Assembly (NCBI GenBank): GCA_951406725.2
Contig: OX597815.1
Span: 81,406,001-81,470,000 of the forward strand
DNA from: Octopus vulgaris
Taxonomy: Eukaryota
Length of the DNA: 64,000 bases
Direction: 5' to 3'
A program made the translations under genes and the position numbers. Of this stretch, positions 16,011-30,514 are shown piece by piece (the stretch's first letter is position 1; each line of letters begins with the position of its first letter). The notes beneath the pieces are model-generated. The model did not search any database. It had not been told where the DNA came from and worked only from the letters and a program-made list of their open reading frames with translations.

Positions 16011-16639
16011 GCACGCACACATACACACAGCTACAGTATCTCAAAAAACTGTAAAGCTTATCATTATTATCACAGAATATTAACTTATATACTTTGCCCT
16101 TCAAAGATATCATATTTGTATTTTCAGAAATCATAGTAATGTCATGTGCACACAAAAATAAAAAAGTTAAAACATAAAGAGAATAGACTTCAAAATCAAA
16201 CAGTAGATCTTAATAGTAGTCATCTTTATCCCGCACTTGTCCTTGAGCAATTAATGACAAATAATGAATATACAATGATAATTTCTTGTATTCATAGGCA
16301 CTGGTGGTCACAGTATTTACTTTGCAGTTAGATGGTCCCGGATCTGATCCTGTTGGTCTGCACCTTGGGTAAGTATATCCTACAATATCGTTGAGCCAAG
16401 CTAAATATTGTGTAAGAAATGAGGCAAATGAAAATTGTGCAGAAGCTCTAGTATTGGACTGTCCTTGCTCTTTTGTTTTGTCTGGTTTGACACCACCAAC
16501 TTTAACAGAGTCTTCTTAGGTGCAAGCCTTCAGGTTTGACGATCACTTCTAACCTACATTCTGAGAGAACTTGCAAAGAGAAAGGTCGAAAATGTTTCCC
16601 TTTGACCACTAACACAAAATTTGTAAATAATAATGCATG

Positions 16640-16870
16640 CACAAGAAAAGGTCTCTGAGAATGAAAGCAAGGCTAACTGTCCAGATATTGTTATCAAGGC
16701 CAAACAAATGAAATCCTTCCTAATAGACATATCAGCCATGACAGGTGATAATCTATCTCTAAAAGAAACAGGGAACTTAACTAAATATAAACATCCAGAA
16801 ATAGAGACAACCTGAAAACAATTCCTATATTAATAAGTGATTTGGGAATGATCAAAAGCCATGCAACTAT
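16640..16870 (+). pseudogene. R4/Dong-type non-LTR retrotransposon fragment (restriction-like endonuclease domain)
   Basis: KANCPDIVIKAKQMKSFLIDISAMTGDNLSLKE..LTKYKHPEIE, then frameshifted KTIPILISDLGMIK, matching the RLE pattern RPD..IDxS..K.KY..IP...LG. Confidence 0.8.
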
Positions 16871-18333
16871 ATAACCAAGGCTCCAGCACTTACTAGATGA
16901 GAAATCTGGTTGCTATTTCTAAGAAACTGGGGGACAACATAGAAGCTCCACACATTGGTTATAGAATACAATACTGAAAAGGCGTTTAATATTGTCATTC
17001 TCTTTTAGTACCTTATTATTTAACACACTCACCAGTTTAGTTTCCACTCATTTACTTAATTATTTTTTCTAAAATTTTTGTTGCATCTTGCAACCTTTCC
17101 AATAGTCACTAACTCTGTCCATTAGCCAAGCTTTCATAGAGTGTTTACCACACCCTATCTAAAGAACTAAACACTAGGAGAGCATGCTTCAGGATTTAAA
17201 CAGGAAGATAATTCTATAATCAGCTATCTTTAAAAAAAAATACATGTTGTTTAACCAGAACTAACAATTTGTCTAACAGCTTGGTTTTGACATAATGTGA
17301 TGGCACCAGAGATAGTATGGAGAAGACCAAATATTTTAAGAATACTAACCATCTTCCACTATCCTGCTTACATGTGTTAATAAATGGATATACCTGCCAT
17401 GGAAAGATGTGCTATTCTTTGAAGCAGGCTGAAAAAAATCACTGTAAAATTAGCAAGTATATCATTGCTATGCTGAGCTTTCACAGTGTTCACAGTTATC
17501 AGGTACCTTTAGCAGAATCTAATCAAGCATATATACAGACCAGATTCTCCATTTCACCTGTTTCTTCCTGAAGATATCAACCTGCAAATGCTCAGGTCAG
17601 ACATGGTTATCTGGCCTATATATTCTACCTGCCTTATGAACAAATTGACCTAATCCAGCCTCTCATACCTACCTGACAATGTTATTCTAAAAAACAATAC
17701 AATCACAACATTGAAATCTTGAAGCTACAAGACTATGCGTTATCACTTCAAAACTATGTGATTAAATAAGCATTATATTTGACAGAGTAATCTAAATGCT
17801 AACAGGTTACCATGTGAAGATAACTGGAAAAAAAGAAATGCACCTTATGAGCAAAACAAATAAGGGTAGGTGACAGGAAGCGCATTCATCTATAGAATAC
17901 GGTTTCACAAGTCTCATTCAACTTTTGCCAGCATGGAAAAAGTGAACATTATGATGATGATGATGGCAGTAACAGTGGTATACGATATTCAACCAAGAAA
18001 AAGTCATGAATTGCATGCAGCAGAATGGGACTCACAGACGAACTAATACTAGTCCAATATATCATTATCCAGTCAATCACTTTGCCCTTTATTTTTCGCC
18101 AACTTATTTATTTTACTTTATTTATTCATATATTTTCTTTATTGCTACTTCAGCATACAGATGTGGCTGTGTGGAAAGAAGTTTTCTTCACAAGCCCATG
18201 ATTCTGGACTTAGTTCCACTGCATGGCACTTTGGACAAGTATTTTCTACCATAGCTTCAGTCCAACCAAAACCTCATGAACGGATTTGGTAGGCGGAAAC
18301 TGAAAGAAGCACACAGTATGTGTGTGTGTGTGT

Positions 18334-18367
<34 letters not shown>

Positions 18368-18410
18368 GGTCCCGGGTTGATTCGGGGTTAACCACAGTAA
18401 GTAAGGTACT

Positions 18411-18446
<36 letters not shown>

Positions 18447-18653
18447 TTTCTTTTTCCTAAAGCCCTCCTCAATCATAAAAAAAGTTTCTTTTCCCTCCTC
18501 AATTATAAAAACAATACAATTTTGAAAAGTCACACTGCAACGAAAACCGGTTGGAGTTAATATCTTTTTTTTTTTTTTAAAATTTTCCATACACCCATTT
18601 TCATTAAAATTTACCTTCAATTTAGCATTCTGCCTTTTTATAATTTTTCCTTG

Positions 18654-18688
<35 letters not shown>

Positions 18689-18690
<2 letters not shown>

Positions 18691-18780
18691 CAGTTTAGCT
18701 GAACTTCATGAGCCTGAGGAGACAGGCTCTGTGAGGGGCCTGTGAAACTTGAAGCAGCACAGAATTCGAATGAAACTGTT
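18689..18780 (+). ncRNA. Degenerate type I hammerhead ribozyme
   Basis: Stem I tgagc, core CTGAGGA plus one extra G, stem II acaggctc/gggcctgt, GAAAC, loop ttgaa, GCA in place of GUH, then gcaca. Outer helix aacagttt/aaactgtt. Confidence 0.6.
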
Positions 18781-19056
18781 TCGAATATTACATGTAACTC
18801 CTGATAAATGTGTTGAGTGCCCTTTCTTTTCTTTGCCTACTCACTCATGTATATATATATATAAAGTTAATCCAAACTGGAAAACACAAAGAGAAAACTC
18901 AACAACGCGAGGACGTGGAACAAGTATAGTATTATTGGATGCTCAGGAAAGAAGGAAAGATATATACACACACATATATATACATAGACATACATATATA
19001 TATATATACACATATATATATATATACATATATATACACACATATATATATACATA

Positions 19057-19144
<88 letters not shown>

Positions 19145-19153
19145 TATACATAC

Positions 19154-19185
<32 letters not shown>

Positions 19186-19201
19186 ACATACATATATATA
19201 C

Positions 19202-19252
<51 letters not shown>

Positions 19253-19269
19253 CATACACATATATACAT

Positions 19270-19301
<32 letters not shown>

Positions 19302-20011
19302 TCTGTGTTTGTTCTTTCATCACCACTTGACAACCAGTGTTGGAGTATTTACATGTCTCTAACTTAGCAATTCAGCAAAAGAGAATCGATAGAATAAGTA
19401 CCGGGGTGTCGATTTGCTTAATTAAAATTCTTGCAAGGCAGTACCCCAGCATGGCCACATGGCCACTGCCTAATGACAGAAAACTAGCAAAAGAAAAACA
19501 GGATACAACAAATAAATGAAAATAGAAATAGACAGATAAATAAATCAGATAAAATGATTTATTGCCTAGATAAGTAAGTAGCCTGTAATGACACAAGCAG
19601 AATTGGAATTGTAAGCCTGTTTCTGAACAGAAGTTAATCAAAACTAGGATTATTGTTGTGCACTGTTGTGGAAGTCAGGTAGTAGAAAATAAACCCCACC
19701 CTACACTTTAGATCTATCCATTCAACCACATTAAAAGTACTCCCTCTTACACACACACACACACACACACACAAAACAAACAAACAAAAAAAAAAACACG
19801 AAAAAGCAAAGAATATCAACTTGACTCATTCTGTAGCTGACACTTTTTTACACTTTTTATCACAAAGATAATGAAATCTCAACTGTACATTAAAAAAAAA
19901 AAAAAACTATATCTAATTTCATTAGTAAGTGTTTGTGCTTTATATATATATATATATATATTTATTCTTTTTTTTTCTCGCTTCTTTTATTATTATTATC
20001 TCTCTCCTCTT

Positions 20012-20065
<54 letters not shown>

Positions 20066-20718
20066 ATGTGTACATATACATATATAAATATATATAAATA
20101 CACACACACACACACACACATACACGCGTGTATATTTTATATTATTAAAATTCAGAATACAATGTAAAAGATCTGATGTACGTCCATTACAACAATCGAC
20201 CGTTTGATGTGTGTATCTGTTTTTATCTATTCCAGCACCCCCCTCTCTCTACACATTCATATATGTATGTACGTATATGTATTGCTCTATTTGATTTCCA
20301 GCTGATTCACTTTTTTATTATGTTTTATTATGTTTTATTATTTGTCTTATTTCTAAATTAAAATAGTTTCATTTTATTTCAATTCTTTTTTTTTTTGTTT
20401 CACCATATTCAGTTTGGCTGAATGAGCAGCAGCAGTAGTGGTAGTAGTAGTAGTAGTAATCATGGTAGTGGTATCAAAAATGATAATTCATTGGTTCCTA
20501 AGAGCTGAGTCCAATACGCCCCTCCCCACTACCCCCTTGCACCCTGCAAAATCATAATAAAAGGTACAGCTTCAGCTTTACCCCATCCAATACCTTACTT
20601 CTTTCCTGTTTCTCTTTTTCCAGAGAAGGATATCATTCTCTATCTACTTATATATATATATTATAGATATATATATATTGTGCATTTTCTGCATTAAATG
20701 GAAAGGAGTGAAAATTCA

Positions 20719-20875
20719 GTAAATAATAATAATAATTATAAGCTTAAAGCTTATGAGCAATCACTGTATTGGCTTTCGTTGAGGGCTTATATGCTCTAGC
20801 ATTTGACTATTTTCTTTAGCCAGTACATGGTGATCACTTAGAAGAAGCTTTAAGCTTATAATTATTATTATTTAC
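20719..20875. repeat. Inverted repeat / hairpin (possible MITE)
   Basis: taataataattataagcttaaagctt / aagctttaagcttataattattatta plus inner atcactgtattggct / agccagtacatggtgat. Confidence 0.85.
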
Positions 20876-20935
20876 AATATATTTATATGTGTATGTATGT
20901 GTGTATGCATGTGTGTGTTATTGTGTATGTGTGTT

Positions 20936-20999
<64 letters not shown>

Positions 21000-21684
21000 C
21001 ATATATACACACACACACACACACATATGATTGTTCACTTACCATCTGATTTTCCATATAAGCATGGACTGGATGGAAATTAAGACAGGATTTTACAGTT
21101 GGATGCTTTTCCTGTCACCAACCTTAATCTTTTTATTACTAGTTTTTTTGGGTTTTTTTAAGTAAAGCACTTTTTTCTTTCTAGAGGTCTTCAGAAGTGC
21201 AAGACGACCAGTCACAATGTCAAAACGAATGTAAGCATTAGCACTATTTTATTTCAATTATACCAAACCCAACATCAACATTCATGTTTACACACACTCA
21301 CATTTGATGGAGTCCCTGTAGTTTCTGTCTACCATATCCGCTCATAAGGCATTGATCAGCTTGGGGCTATAGTAGACAGCAGTTGCTCCAGTCACCACAC
21401 AAGGGACTATAAAATATATTCATATACAATGAGCTTTTTTACAGCTTCCTTTAACCAAGTTCTGCCCTCGAGTAATTTACATACCTGAGGCTCTAGTAGA
21501 AGACGCTTGCCCAAAATACTGTGACAGTGAATAGGAATGTAAGATTGATGTAGTTAAAGAAAGGACTTCTCAATTACACAACTCTTCCCAGAAAATAAGA
21601 GGGCTCTACAAATGATCCCAATGGAAAACTGTCCAAGCAGTCCTTGTTCTTCTTCATAAAAAGCATGTTAAGAGATCGTTAACA

Positions 21685-21960
21685 GCATTGCCTTACTGGC
21701 ACCTGTGCCGGTGGCATGTATAAAAAGATTCGAGCGAGGTCATTGCCAGTACCGCCTGACTGGCCCCCGTGCCGGTGGCACGTAAAAAGCACCCACTACG
21801 CTCTCGGAGTGGTTGGCGTTAGGAAGGGCATCCAGCTGTAGAAACTCTGCCAGATCAAGATTGGAGCCTGGTGCAGCCATCTGGTTCGCCAGCCCTCAGT
21901 CAAAATCGTCCAACCCATGCTAGCATGGAAAGCGGACGTTAAACGATGATGATGATGATG
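21685..21960 (+). mobile_element. Family C retroposon 3' segment with (GAT)n tail (probably RTE-mobilised)
   Basis: gccggtggcacgtaaaaagcaccc...ggcgttaggaagggcatccagctgtagaaac...gcatggaaagcggacgttaaacgatgatg. GC- and CpG-rich, so probably young. The RTE link is inferred from the short-repeat tail. Confidence 0.8.
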
Positions 21961-22079
21961 AACACTAGGGTTGATGTAATCGACTTATACCCTCCTCGAA
22001 AGTGCTGGCCTTGTGCCAAAATTTGCAACCATTTTAAAAGCAAGTCGTAAACTCCCTCACCAACTCAAGGAATGATTTG

Positions 22080-22580
22080 TCTGTTTTGCCGATGCCAGAG
22101 TCGTATTTATTCTTCAATATATTTCCAGTTTTCTATCTTAATTCCTCTGCTTTAGCTTTCCTCCATTTTCATGGATAGCTTCTCAATGGAAAGTTATCAT
22201 GTCTAGATAGGGGATTCACTTGATAGCAATTGAAGCCATCAAACTAACCTATTATGTTTTTTGAAAGTACTGATTCTCCAGATTCAGTCAGCTGTCTTCT
22301 ACTTGTAACATTCATAGCCAATTTTATTGCTTGGTGATTTATTTCCTCATACTGTTGTCTATAGGGTAGGTGGTGGTGGTGGTGGTGGTGGTGGGGAAGC
22401 TTCTAGCATCTTTTGTAATAATTGCTTCTGCATTTCCAAACTCTGTATGGTAAGACCTGCTTAGTGGTATGGAAGATATGACTGCTGTTGTCCTCTGGAG
22501 ATGTAACCAGTTCTTTGAAAGATTTTTTTTTCCTATATTATAGATGAATTCAGCATTTTTTAATTTTTTTATTAAGGCCA
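22080..22580 (-). pseudogene. Penelope-like element fossil (pre-RT N-terminal region)
   Basis: Minus strand gives AMNVTSRRQLTESGESVLSK, then frameshifted KAEELR*KTGNILK, resembling the PLE motif VNLS.R.LT..E..VLSKGLNF...AEELR. Confidence 0.6.
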
Positions 22581-22753
22581 TTGCTGTTGGTTTTTATATA
22601 TTCTTTTATGGAGAGAAATAGACAGGGAGAGAAGTACAGCATCTATATTTAATCTACATAATTTTCATCTGACCCTCATGTTGGTATTCCAACTTATAAA
22701 AGATTTTTTTCGTTTTCAGTTTGTTATCATAGCAAAAAGCAAAAATATTAAAT

Positions 22754-22788
<35 letters not shown>

Positions 22789-23022
22789 TGTAAATAATAA
22801 AATTAACAGCAAAGGAATAAATGTAGAAATTTCACAAAAAAAAAAAAAAAAAATGCAGCAAGGAAAAAAATTAAATAATCTGATTAATAAAAAGAAATGT
22901 ATCAAACATGAATGAACAAGGAAAGAAGAAAAAAAATTGTAAAGGAAAGAGAAGATGAAGGAGGAAAACAAGGCAGTAGGAAGAAAATAATATCTAGGGA
23001 CATTTGCATATATCAATATGTG

Positions 23023-23062
<40 letters not shown>

Positions 23063-23104
23063 GACACGTTAAAATGCTCGAATCTGCTCGAATGCTCGAA
23101 TCCG

Positions 23105-23307
23105 ATCGTGACGATGCCGGACCCTCCGGCCCCTGTGCAGGTGGCACGTAAAAAGCACCCAATCCACTCACGGAGTGGTTGGCGTTAGGAAGGGCATCCA
23201 GCCGTAGAAACTCTGCCAGATTCAGACTGGAGCCTGGAGCGGCCCCTGGCTTCCCAGACCCGGTCAAACCGTCCAACCCGTGCTAGCGCGGAAAGCGGAC
23301 GTTAAAC

Positions 23308-23340
<33 letters not shown>

Positions 23341-23985
23341 AAAAGTAGTAGATGAGTAACAGAGGAAAGCAATGTGTGTGTATGCGCACATATACACATT
23401 CATACAAACACATCATCATCATCATCATTTAACATCTGTTTTCCATGCTGGCATGGGTTGGACAGTTTAATCAGAACTGGTAAGGCCAGTGGTCACACCA
23501 GGCTTCATTGTCTGTTTTGACATGGTTTCTACTGCTACATGCCCTTCCTTAATGCTAACCATAGAGTGTACTGGGTGCTTTTAACATAGCGCCGGAACAC
23601 ATATATGCATACATATATATCAAATAATCAAATATATATATATGTCGCTACCAGCATCGCCTTACTGGCACTTGTGCCGGTGGCACGTGAACAAAACATT
23701 CAAGCGAGGTCGTTGCCAGTGCCACTGGACTGACTCCTGTGCAGGTGGCACGTACAAAACACCATTTCGAGCATGGCTGTTGCCAATACCACCAGACTGG
23801 CCCTCGTGCTGGTGGCACGTAAAAGCACCCACTACACTCTCGGAGTGGTTGGCGTTAGGAAGGGTATTCAGCTGTAGAAACTCTGCCAGATCAGACTGAA
23901 GCCTGGCGCAGCCATCTGGTTCGCCAGTCCTCAGTCAAATCATCCAACCCATGCTAGCATTAAATGATGATGATGGTAATGATGA
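23105..23985 (+). mobile_element. Three family C copies (+ 23105-23340, - 23410-23585, + 23650-23985)
   Basis: Shared ggcgttaggaaggg..tccagc.gtagaaac core and (GAT)n tails, with the middle copy inverted. Confidence 0.8.
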
Positions 23986-24639
23986 TATAGTGCATACACA
24001 TACATAGATAGGTGTATACATACAGACATATGTAGATATAGCTATATATATATAGAGAGAAGGATACTTAGATGTATAACTATGTCGTTAAGAAGTTTAG
24101 TTTCTTTCATAATGAGTGGACATAAGTCCAGTGAGTGTCTTGTGCTACAGCGGCAGGTTGATCAATGCCTTGTGAGTTACATTTAGTATATAGAAACTGG
24201 AAGAAGCCTGTTATACTGCACTATAACACAGTTATTAAATACACTAAAGAAAAAGCCTGCCTTGACCATTCAACTTCCACACAACTTTTTTCACTCCACT
24301 TTATACCTCTCCTCAGACTATCCTTTCAATGGAAGAGCATAGACTTGAGATGTTAAAAACTGCTTCCATTTTACTTGAGCGTCGACCTAATACACACCGT
24401 CTACTGCCCTTTCATCCCATCTTTGTGTTTAATTCATTTTGAGACCAGTGAAAATATAACCTTACACAGTAATAAGTAACAGGAGGAAGGTTAGCAACAG
24501 AAAGAGCATCCAGTTGTAGAAAAAAGCTGGTTCAACATTTTCATCTCCCTAACCTATGTAAGTATACATTAAAACAATGTTGATGATGCTGAAGACAATG
24601 CTAGATATAGAGATACTATATGTACAATATATGTGTGTA

Positions 24640-25125
24640 TTTTTACATATAATATATATATTATATATTATACATTATATATATATTATATACAATTATT
24701 ATATATTATATATAAATTATATAATTTATATATAATTACATATATTATATATTATACTTTATATATATTATATATATTATATATAATTACATATATATAA
24801 ATTATATGTATCATAATATATATTATATATATATTATTACATACTATATATAATTATATATATTATATATAATATATATATATTATTATATACTATATAT
24901 AATTAAATATTTTACATATAATATATATACTATCATATACTATATATAATTAAATATATTATATATAATATATACATTATATATTATATATAATATATAT
25001 ATATTATATATTATTATATAGTATTCTTTTGTTGTCTTACCATTAATATTAATATTATTATATATTATATATAATTATATATAATATATATTATTATATA
25101 TACATAATTATATATATTATATACA
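24640..25125. repeat. Degenerate, nearly pure AT low-complexity array
   Basis: Irregular tatataat/attatata units with very few G or C bases. Confidence 0.9.
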
Positions 25126-25148
25126 AGATCTCTCTCTCTCTCTCTCTC

Positions 25149-25183
<35 letters not shown>

Positions 25184-25696
25184 TTTTACTTGTTTCAGTA
25201 ATTTTGATTGCAGACATTCTGGAGCACAAATCAACCCCAGGATTTATTCGTTGTAAGAATCATACTTATTCTATCATCTGTGTGTATATATATATATATA
25301 TATACACTGCATTATTTATTATATATATATAGGGACATATGTGTGTGTGTGAACACATGAATGCGTTTATGTGAGAGTAAACACACACACACACACACTC
25401 ACACACGTTTACACCTCCCACTTAAACTTGCATAGACATAAAAATGCATAAATATAACAAATGCAGAGACAGCCAGACAGTCAGACAGACAGAGAGGCAG
25501 ACAGTCAGGCAGACAGGCAGCCAGTTAGACAGACAGACAGAATGTATGAATGTGAGAGCAAGTGAAATGCAATTGTTATGCTAATTCTAAAGAATAGTGC
25601 CATTGTGCAACTACAAGATTTTATTACATATCAGATCTCATTTCCAATAGTTTATTTTTTTTGTGTGTATGGAAATGTGTGTGTGTGTGTGTGGAA

Positions 25697-25729
<33 letters not shown>

Positions 25730-26989
25730 GCTTATGGGAGGTTTTCATTACAGAATCAGTTGCAAATATGATATTGGAAACTCCACTGATAAATATGATA
25801 AATAGTGGTTGCACTAAACAAAGTACAATATGAAAAAAAAACAAAAAAAAAACAAACAAATCAAAAAATAAAAATGAAAAAAAAAAGAAAATGTCTTTCC
25901 TCCTACCACACTGAGAAGTGTTGGAAGACGAAAAAAATTAATAGCATTGGTCTTTTATACTTACTACCACTACTACAACCACCTCCACTACTACTACTAC
26001 TACCACCACCACCACCACCACCACTACCAACTACTACCACTACAATCACTAATTCTACTTAGTGTGATCACTCTTCAACCACCACCTCTGCTACCACCAT
26101 TCAAAGCACCATGGATTTTGCTACTTACTAACAACATACAGTATCCCTACTTATGCAACATTAAGACCGCCAACACCACAACCATCATCACCACTACACC
26201 ACCACCTCCTCCACCACAACCACCATTTATATTCTTATGTTCATAACCGACATTGTAATAAATTATTCTTGTCGCAAACTTAACTGAAGAAACTGAAAGC
26301 CATGAAAACCAATTGCATTTTCTTATTTCAGAATATCCTGATGTTTGTTTCGCGTGTTTTATGTGTGGAGGCATTTTGCATCCTAAATTTGATGATCTAG
26401 TTTGTCTTTCATTTCTTTTGTTGGGGGTTCATAAAGATAATATTGGGGACATTTTAATGCTTGAGGATAGGCACATGGCTTAGTGGTTAAGGTATTGGAC
26501 TCATGATCTTAAGATCCTGGTTTTGATTCCCAGACTGGGCAGTGTGTTGTGTTCTTGAGCAAAACACTGCATTTCACTTTGCTCCAGTCCACTCAGTAGT
26601 ATATGAATAACTCCGCGACGGACTGGCAACCCACTCAGTGGGATATGTTGTGATCTTGGTCAATTATATGCCTCATGAGTCCTGTGGATCAAGACAGTAC
26701 TTCATTTATCAATTGTTCCCTTCTACAAAGAAATTTGGAATAGTAAAGAAAATGCATTGTGGTATTTTATCTGGCTTTTTAAGATCTGAGTTCAAATCCC
26801 ACTCTGATTGACTTTGCCATCCCCCCTTCGAGGGCCAATAGATAAAGCACTAATCAAGCACTGGGGTCAATTTAATAGATGAGCTCACTTCCCATAAAGT
26901 CTGGCCTTGTGCTTATGTAAGAAACTTAGTAGGGCAAAAGCCATGACGTTCTCAGAGAAAATCGGGGCATTAATGAAAATCAACTGGTT

Positions 26990-27200
26990 TGTCCGTTCTA
27001 GAGGAATTTCACATCCAGAGTCCATGGATAATTTTCAGAAATTCTTAGCCTGACAGCAGGAACAATACCAGTTTGAGGTAAGCTTTATAGACATTGAAGT
27101 TCCATCATCTGTCCAATGACCAGACAAACAAATAAATCAGAAACCTCTAGCATTGCATTGTGTCAACTTTCAAATCACCCCGCCAGTCCAACAAGCTGTA
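26990..27200 (+). pseudogene. Penelope-like RT/thumb fossil
   Basis: Frameshifted remnants SFIDIEV, QKP and QLSNHPA appear in the order expected for PLE LPFLD / YRKP / SNHP. Confidence 0.45.
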
Positions 27201-27570
27201 AATAAGTATTACAAGATAGAAATGAATTAACAAACAGCTGTTGAAAATTGTAGTGTTAGGGTAAAATTTACAAGTGTTTTTGGCGGGGAACATTCAGAAA
27301 TATTATGAATATAACATGAACAGATGACTGAACTCTAATCAAACTTTCCCTACATGCGTGTACAAGTCATTACACAATGATTCTGAGGTTTTTTTTCTAT
27401 GCGCCTACATGCTAATGGACAGAATATTTTCTGATGTAGCATAATAGGATATTATCAGAGTGGTTGTTGTTATTGTTTACAGTTATACAATGGCATATAA
27501 TATGGTAGGACATGAGGAGAATGGCACAACATATGACATAGCATGCAGTGATGACATAGTATAAGGTCAC

Positions 27571-27985
27571 TTGGCGTGCTGGCAGAAACGTTAGCACGCC
27601 GGGCGAAATGCTTAGCGGTATTTTGTCTGCCGTTATGTTCTGAGTTCAAATTCTGCCGAGCTCGACTTTGCCTTTCATCCTTTCGGGGTCGATAAATTAA
27701 GTACCAGTTACGCACTGGGGTCAATATAATCGACTTAATCCATCTGTCTGTCCTTGTTTGTCTCCTCTGTGTTTAGCCCCTTGTGGGTAGTAAAGAAATA
27801 GGTATTTCGTCTGCCGCTACATTCTGAGTTCAAATTCCGCCGAGGTCGACTTTGCCTTTCATCCTTTCGGGGTCGATAAATTAAGTACCAGTTACGCACT
27901 GGGGTCGATATAATCGACTTAATCCGTCTGTCTGTCCTTGTTTGTCTCCTCTGTGTCTAGCTCCTTGTGGGTGGTAAAGAAATAA
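27571..27985 (+). mobile_element. Family B SINE (CORE-SINE-like) with internal tandem duplication
   Basis: gctggcagaaacgttagcacgccgggcgaaatg head, B box gagttcaaattc, and CORE-like gcctttcatcctttcggggtcgataaattaagtacc. A ~183-bp unit is present twice. Confidence 0.85.
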
Positions 27986-28231
27986 GTATAACGTCATTTG
28001 AGAAATAAAAAGCGATGAATGCACTCACAATACTATTGAATGTACTAAGTTTACTGAATGACTTAGCAGCTGGTCAGAAAAAGCAAACACTTCCAAACAC
28101 AAACATTACATCATACACACGCATGCACACACATGGTGTGTAATGAATGTACATACACACACTTGAGCATACATGTCCATAAAATGATTTTGAAACATGA
28201 CCATATTCACACATCTGACTAGTCCCCCTAC

Positions 28232-28270
<39 letters not shown>

Positions 28271-30514
28271 GAGTACGTGTGAGTGTGTGTATACACTCAT
28301 GTCATTCACAGGTGAGCTCATCACTGTAAGTGCATGTACATAATAACACAAACGTATGCACAGAGAGACACACACACACATAGCTAACATACAGCTCACT
28401 CCATACACACATGCACACACAACCACACCTTTTACTGCTGGGAAAGAATATGCAGTCCTTGCAAAGAGTACAAATATTATTATGTAAGTTGACACTGAAT
28501 AATATCCCATACATCAAAGACAAAAATAAAAAGAAAGCTCACACCACCCTTTCTAAAATCAATAGAAAATTAAATAACAATAAAAAAAAAAAAATCAATA
28601 AACTTCCAGTATTAAATTCAGATCAATTCCAGAAACATCTATATTGACAAACGCTTGACCTAAACTGTGACTGTATGACATATCTAATTCTATTTCATTT
28701 CATTTTCTACAAGCATTTTTGCAAGCAAAAGTGCTCCCAGTTACAAGTCTCCAATGAACCAATCAATGGTTTGCTCTCTCGTGGTAAAAGAAGCCAAGAT
28801 GTGTCTGTATTTCTATGGAGGTCGTTCAAAGAACACAGCATTTTCGCATTTTCACTGATATTTCTGTCGTTCAATGATGACTATGCACACATGTTCATAT
28901 ATACAGGTAGCATTGTATCGAACAACAGTTGCCTTGCTGAATATTTTTTGTGATGTGGGATTTCATAATGTGAAATGTAGTTCACATTGACTTTCAAGTA
29001 GCAGGAACATCAACTGAAAAACGGTTTTATGTTACAAAACTCCACAAAACAGTAATTTTTTTTTTCCAGGAATACAATGTAAGGAACGTGTGTAGTGTGT
29101 GTATGTGACTCACTCTGTCGACCAGATAACCAGATGTTATTATACACCGCTGGTCACAATGCACTTCCTCATGCTGTTGTGACTTTCAAATGATACCACC
29201 CTGCTGGCTAGACAGGGAAGCCAACATTCCAATGAATGGAGCATCAGTTCATCACAGACTTTACCCATTTACAGCAGAACAGATGGAAGCTATGTGAAAT
29301 GAAGTGTCTTGCTCAAGAACACAATGCACCACTTGTCTGGGAATCAAAACCAGTCTTGCAATTCTAAGTACAACACCGTGACAACTAGGCAATTACACCT
29401 TCGCACACATTTGTGTGTGTAAAGACACATGGCCTATATATATACATGTATGTATGCATACATTTGCAGTATGTCATAAGAATATGATTTTCAAAAGGTC
29501 ATACATACAAAATATACCCTATTTCCGTGTTTGTTAAAGAAAAAAAAAATCACTGTCCAACTACTTTGGAACAAGGGTTTTACAAACCAACCCAAATGCT
29601 GTTCAGAAGACATCGTGACTTGTGCATCTGCCAGCTATCATAGGAACTTGCCAATGTGGTGTATATATGAGTTCTCTCTTTATGTTAAAAATAGCATGGG
29701 AGCTAAAATATTCACTACACCAAAAGTGTGTGTGTGCATGTATGCACACATGTATGCATAAAACATATTCTTGCTGTGGAATGAATCTTAGGTATGTAAT
29801 CCAAGTTCTCTGCAAAATAGTTGCAGTGTTGTAACATAAAGAAAAAAAAAAAAAACTAGCACCGAATTCTTTAACCTTCATCAGTTTACACCTAACCATG
29901 CTTCTTTGCAGAGATGATAGCAGCCTGCAGCTACATACATAGAAAATGCTGCTTAGTTTACAGATGGCTAAACTAATTTACATATTGGTACTAGTATGAT
30001 AACTGTAAGTAACTTTTCTTAAATTACCAAACCAGCACCAATATGCAAATTAATTTAGCCATGTGAATAAGATAATTTTCATATCTGTGCAAGAGTGCCG
30101 ATCATTATAAATTCTCTTTACAGCAAAACTAAAATATATTCAGCATTTCAAATTATATTTAAATGTTTGGAAACATATATACACCATATCCTGAATCTAA
30201 GATTCTGAAGCAACACACACCAATACATTTTCCTGACGAAGACAGTGAAGTGAAAATTAGAGATAGATAACCGAAGAAACAAAAATTAATTTACAAAATA
30301 CACAAAAGCAAGCTTTTAGCAAAATTAGAATTAAATACACACATACATACATTATATATATATATTGTATATATGGAAACTGTGAATTATTATTGTAGAT
30401 CCAAATGAAAATGTATGTTGTATATATAGTAACAAAATGTTTGATATCCATTTTTACATGAGTAATAACAACAACACAAATAAATAAACTGAAAATGAGC
30501 CAAATAATAAAGAC

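Noticed and set aside
18365-18660. Possible Helitron-like element between (TA)n tracts, and a similar lone hairpin plus CTAG end near 37485-37515
   Set aside because: Termini are non-canonical or only one end is identifiable, so it cannot be classified without a library search.
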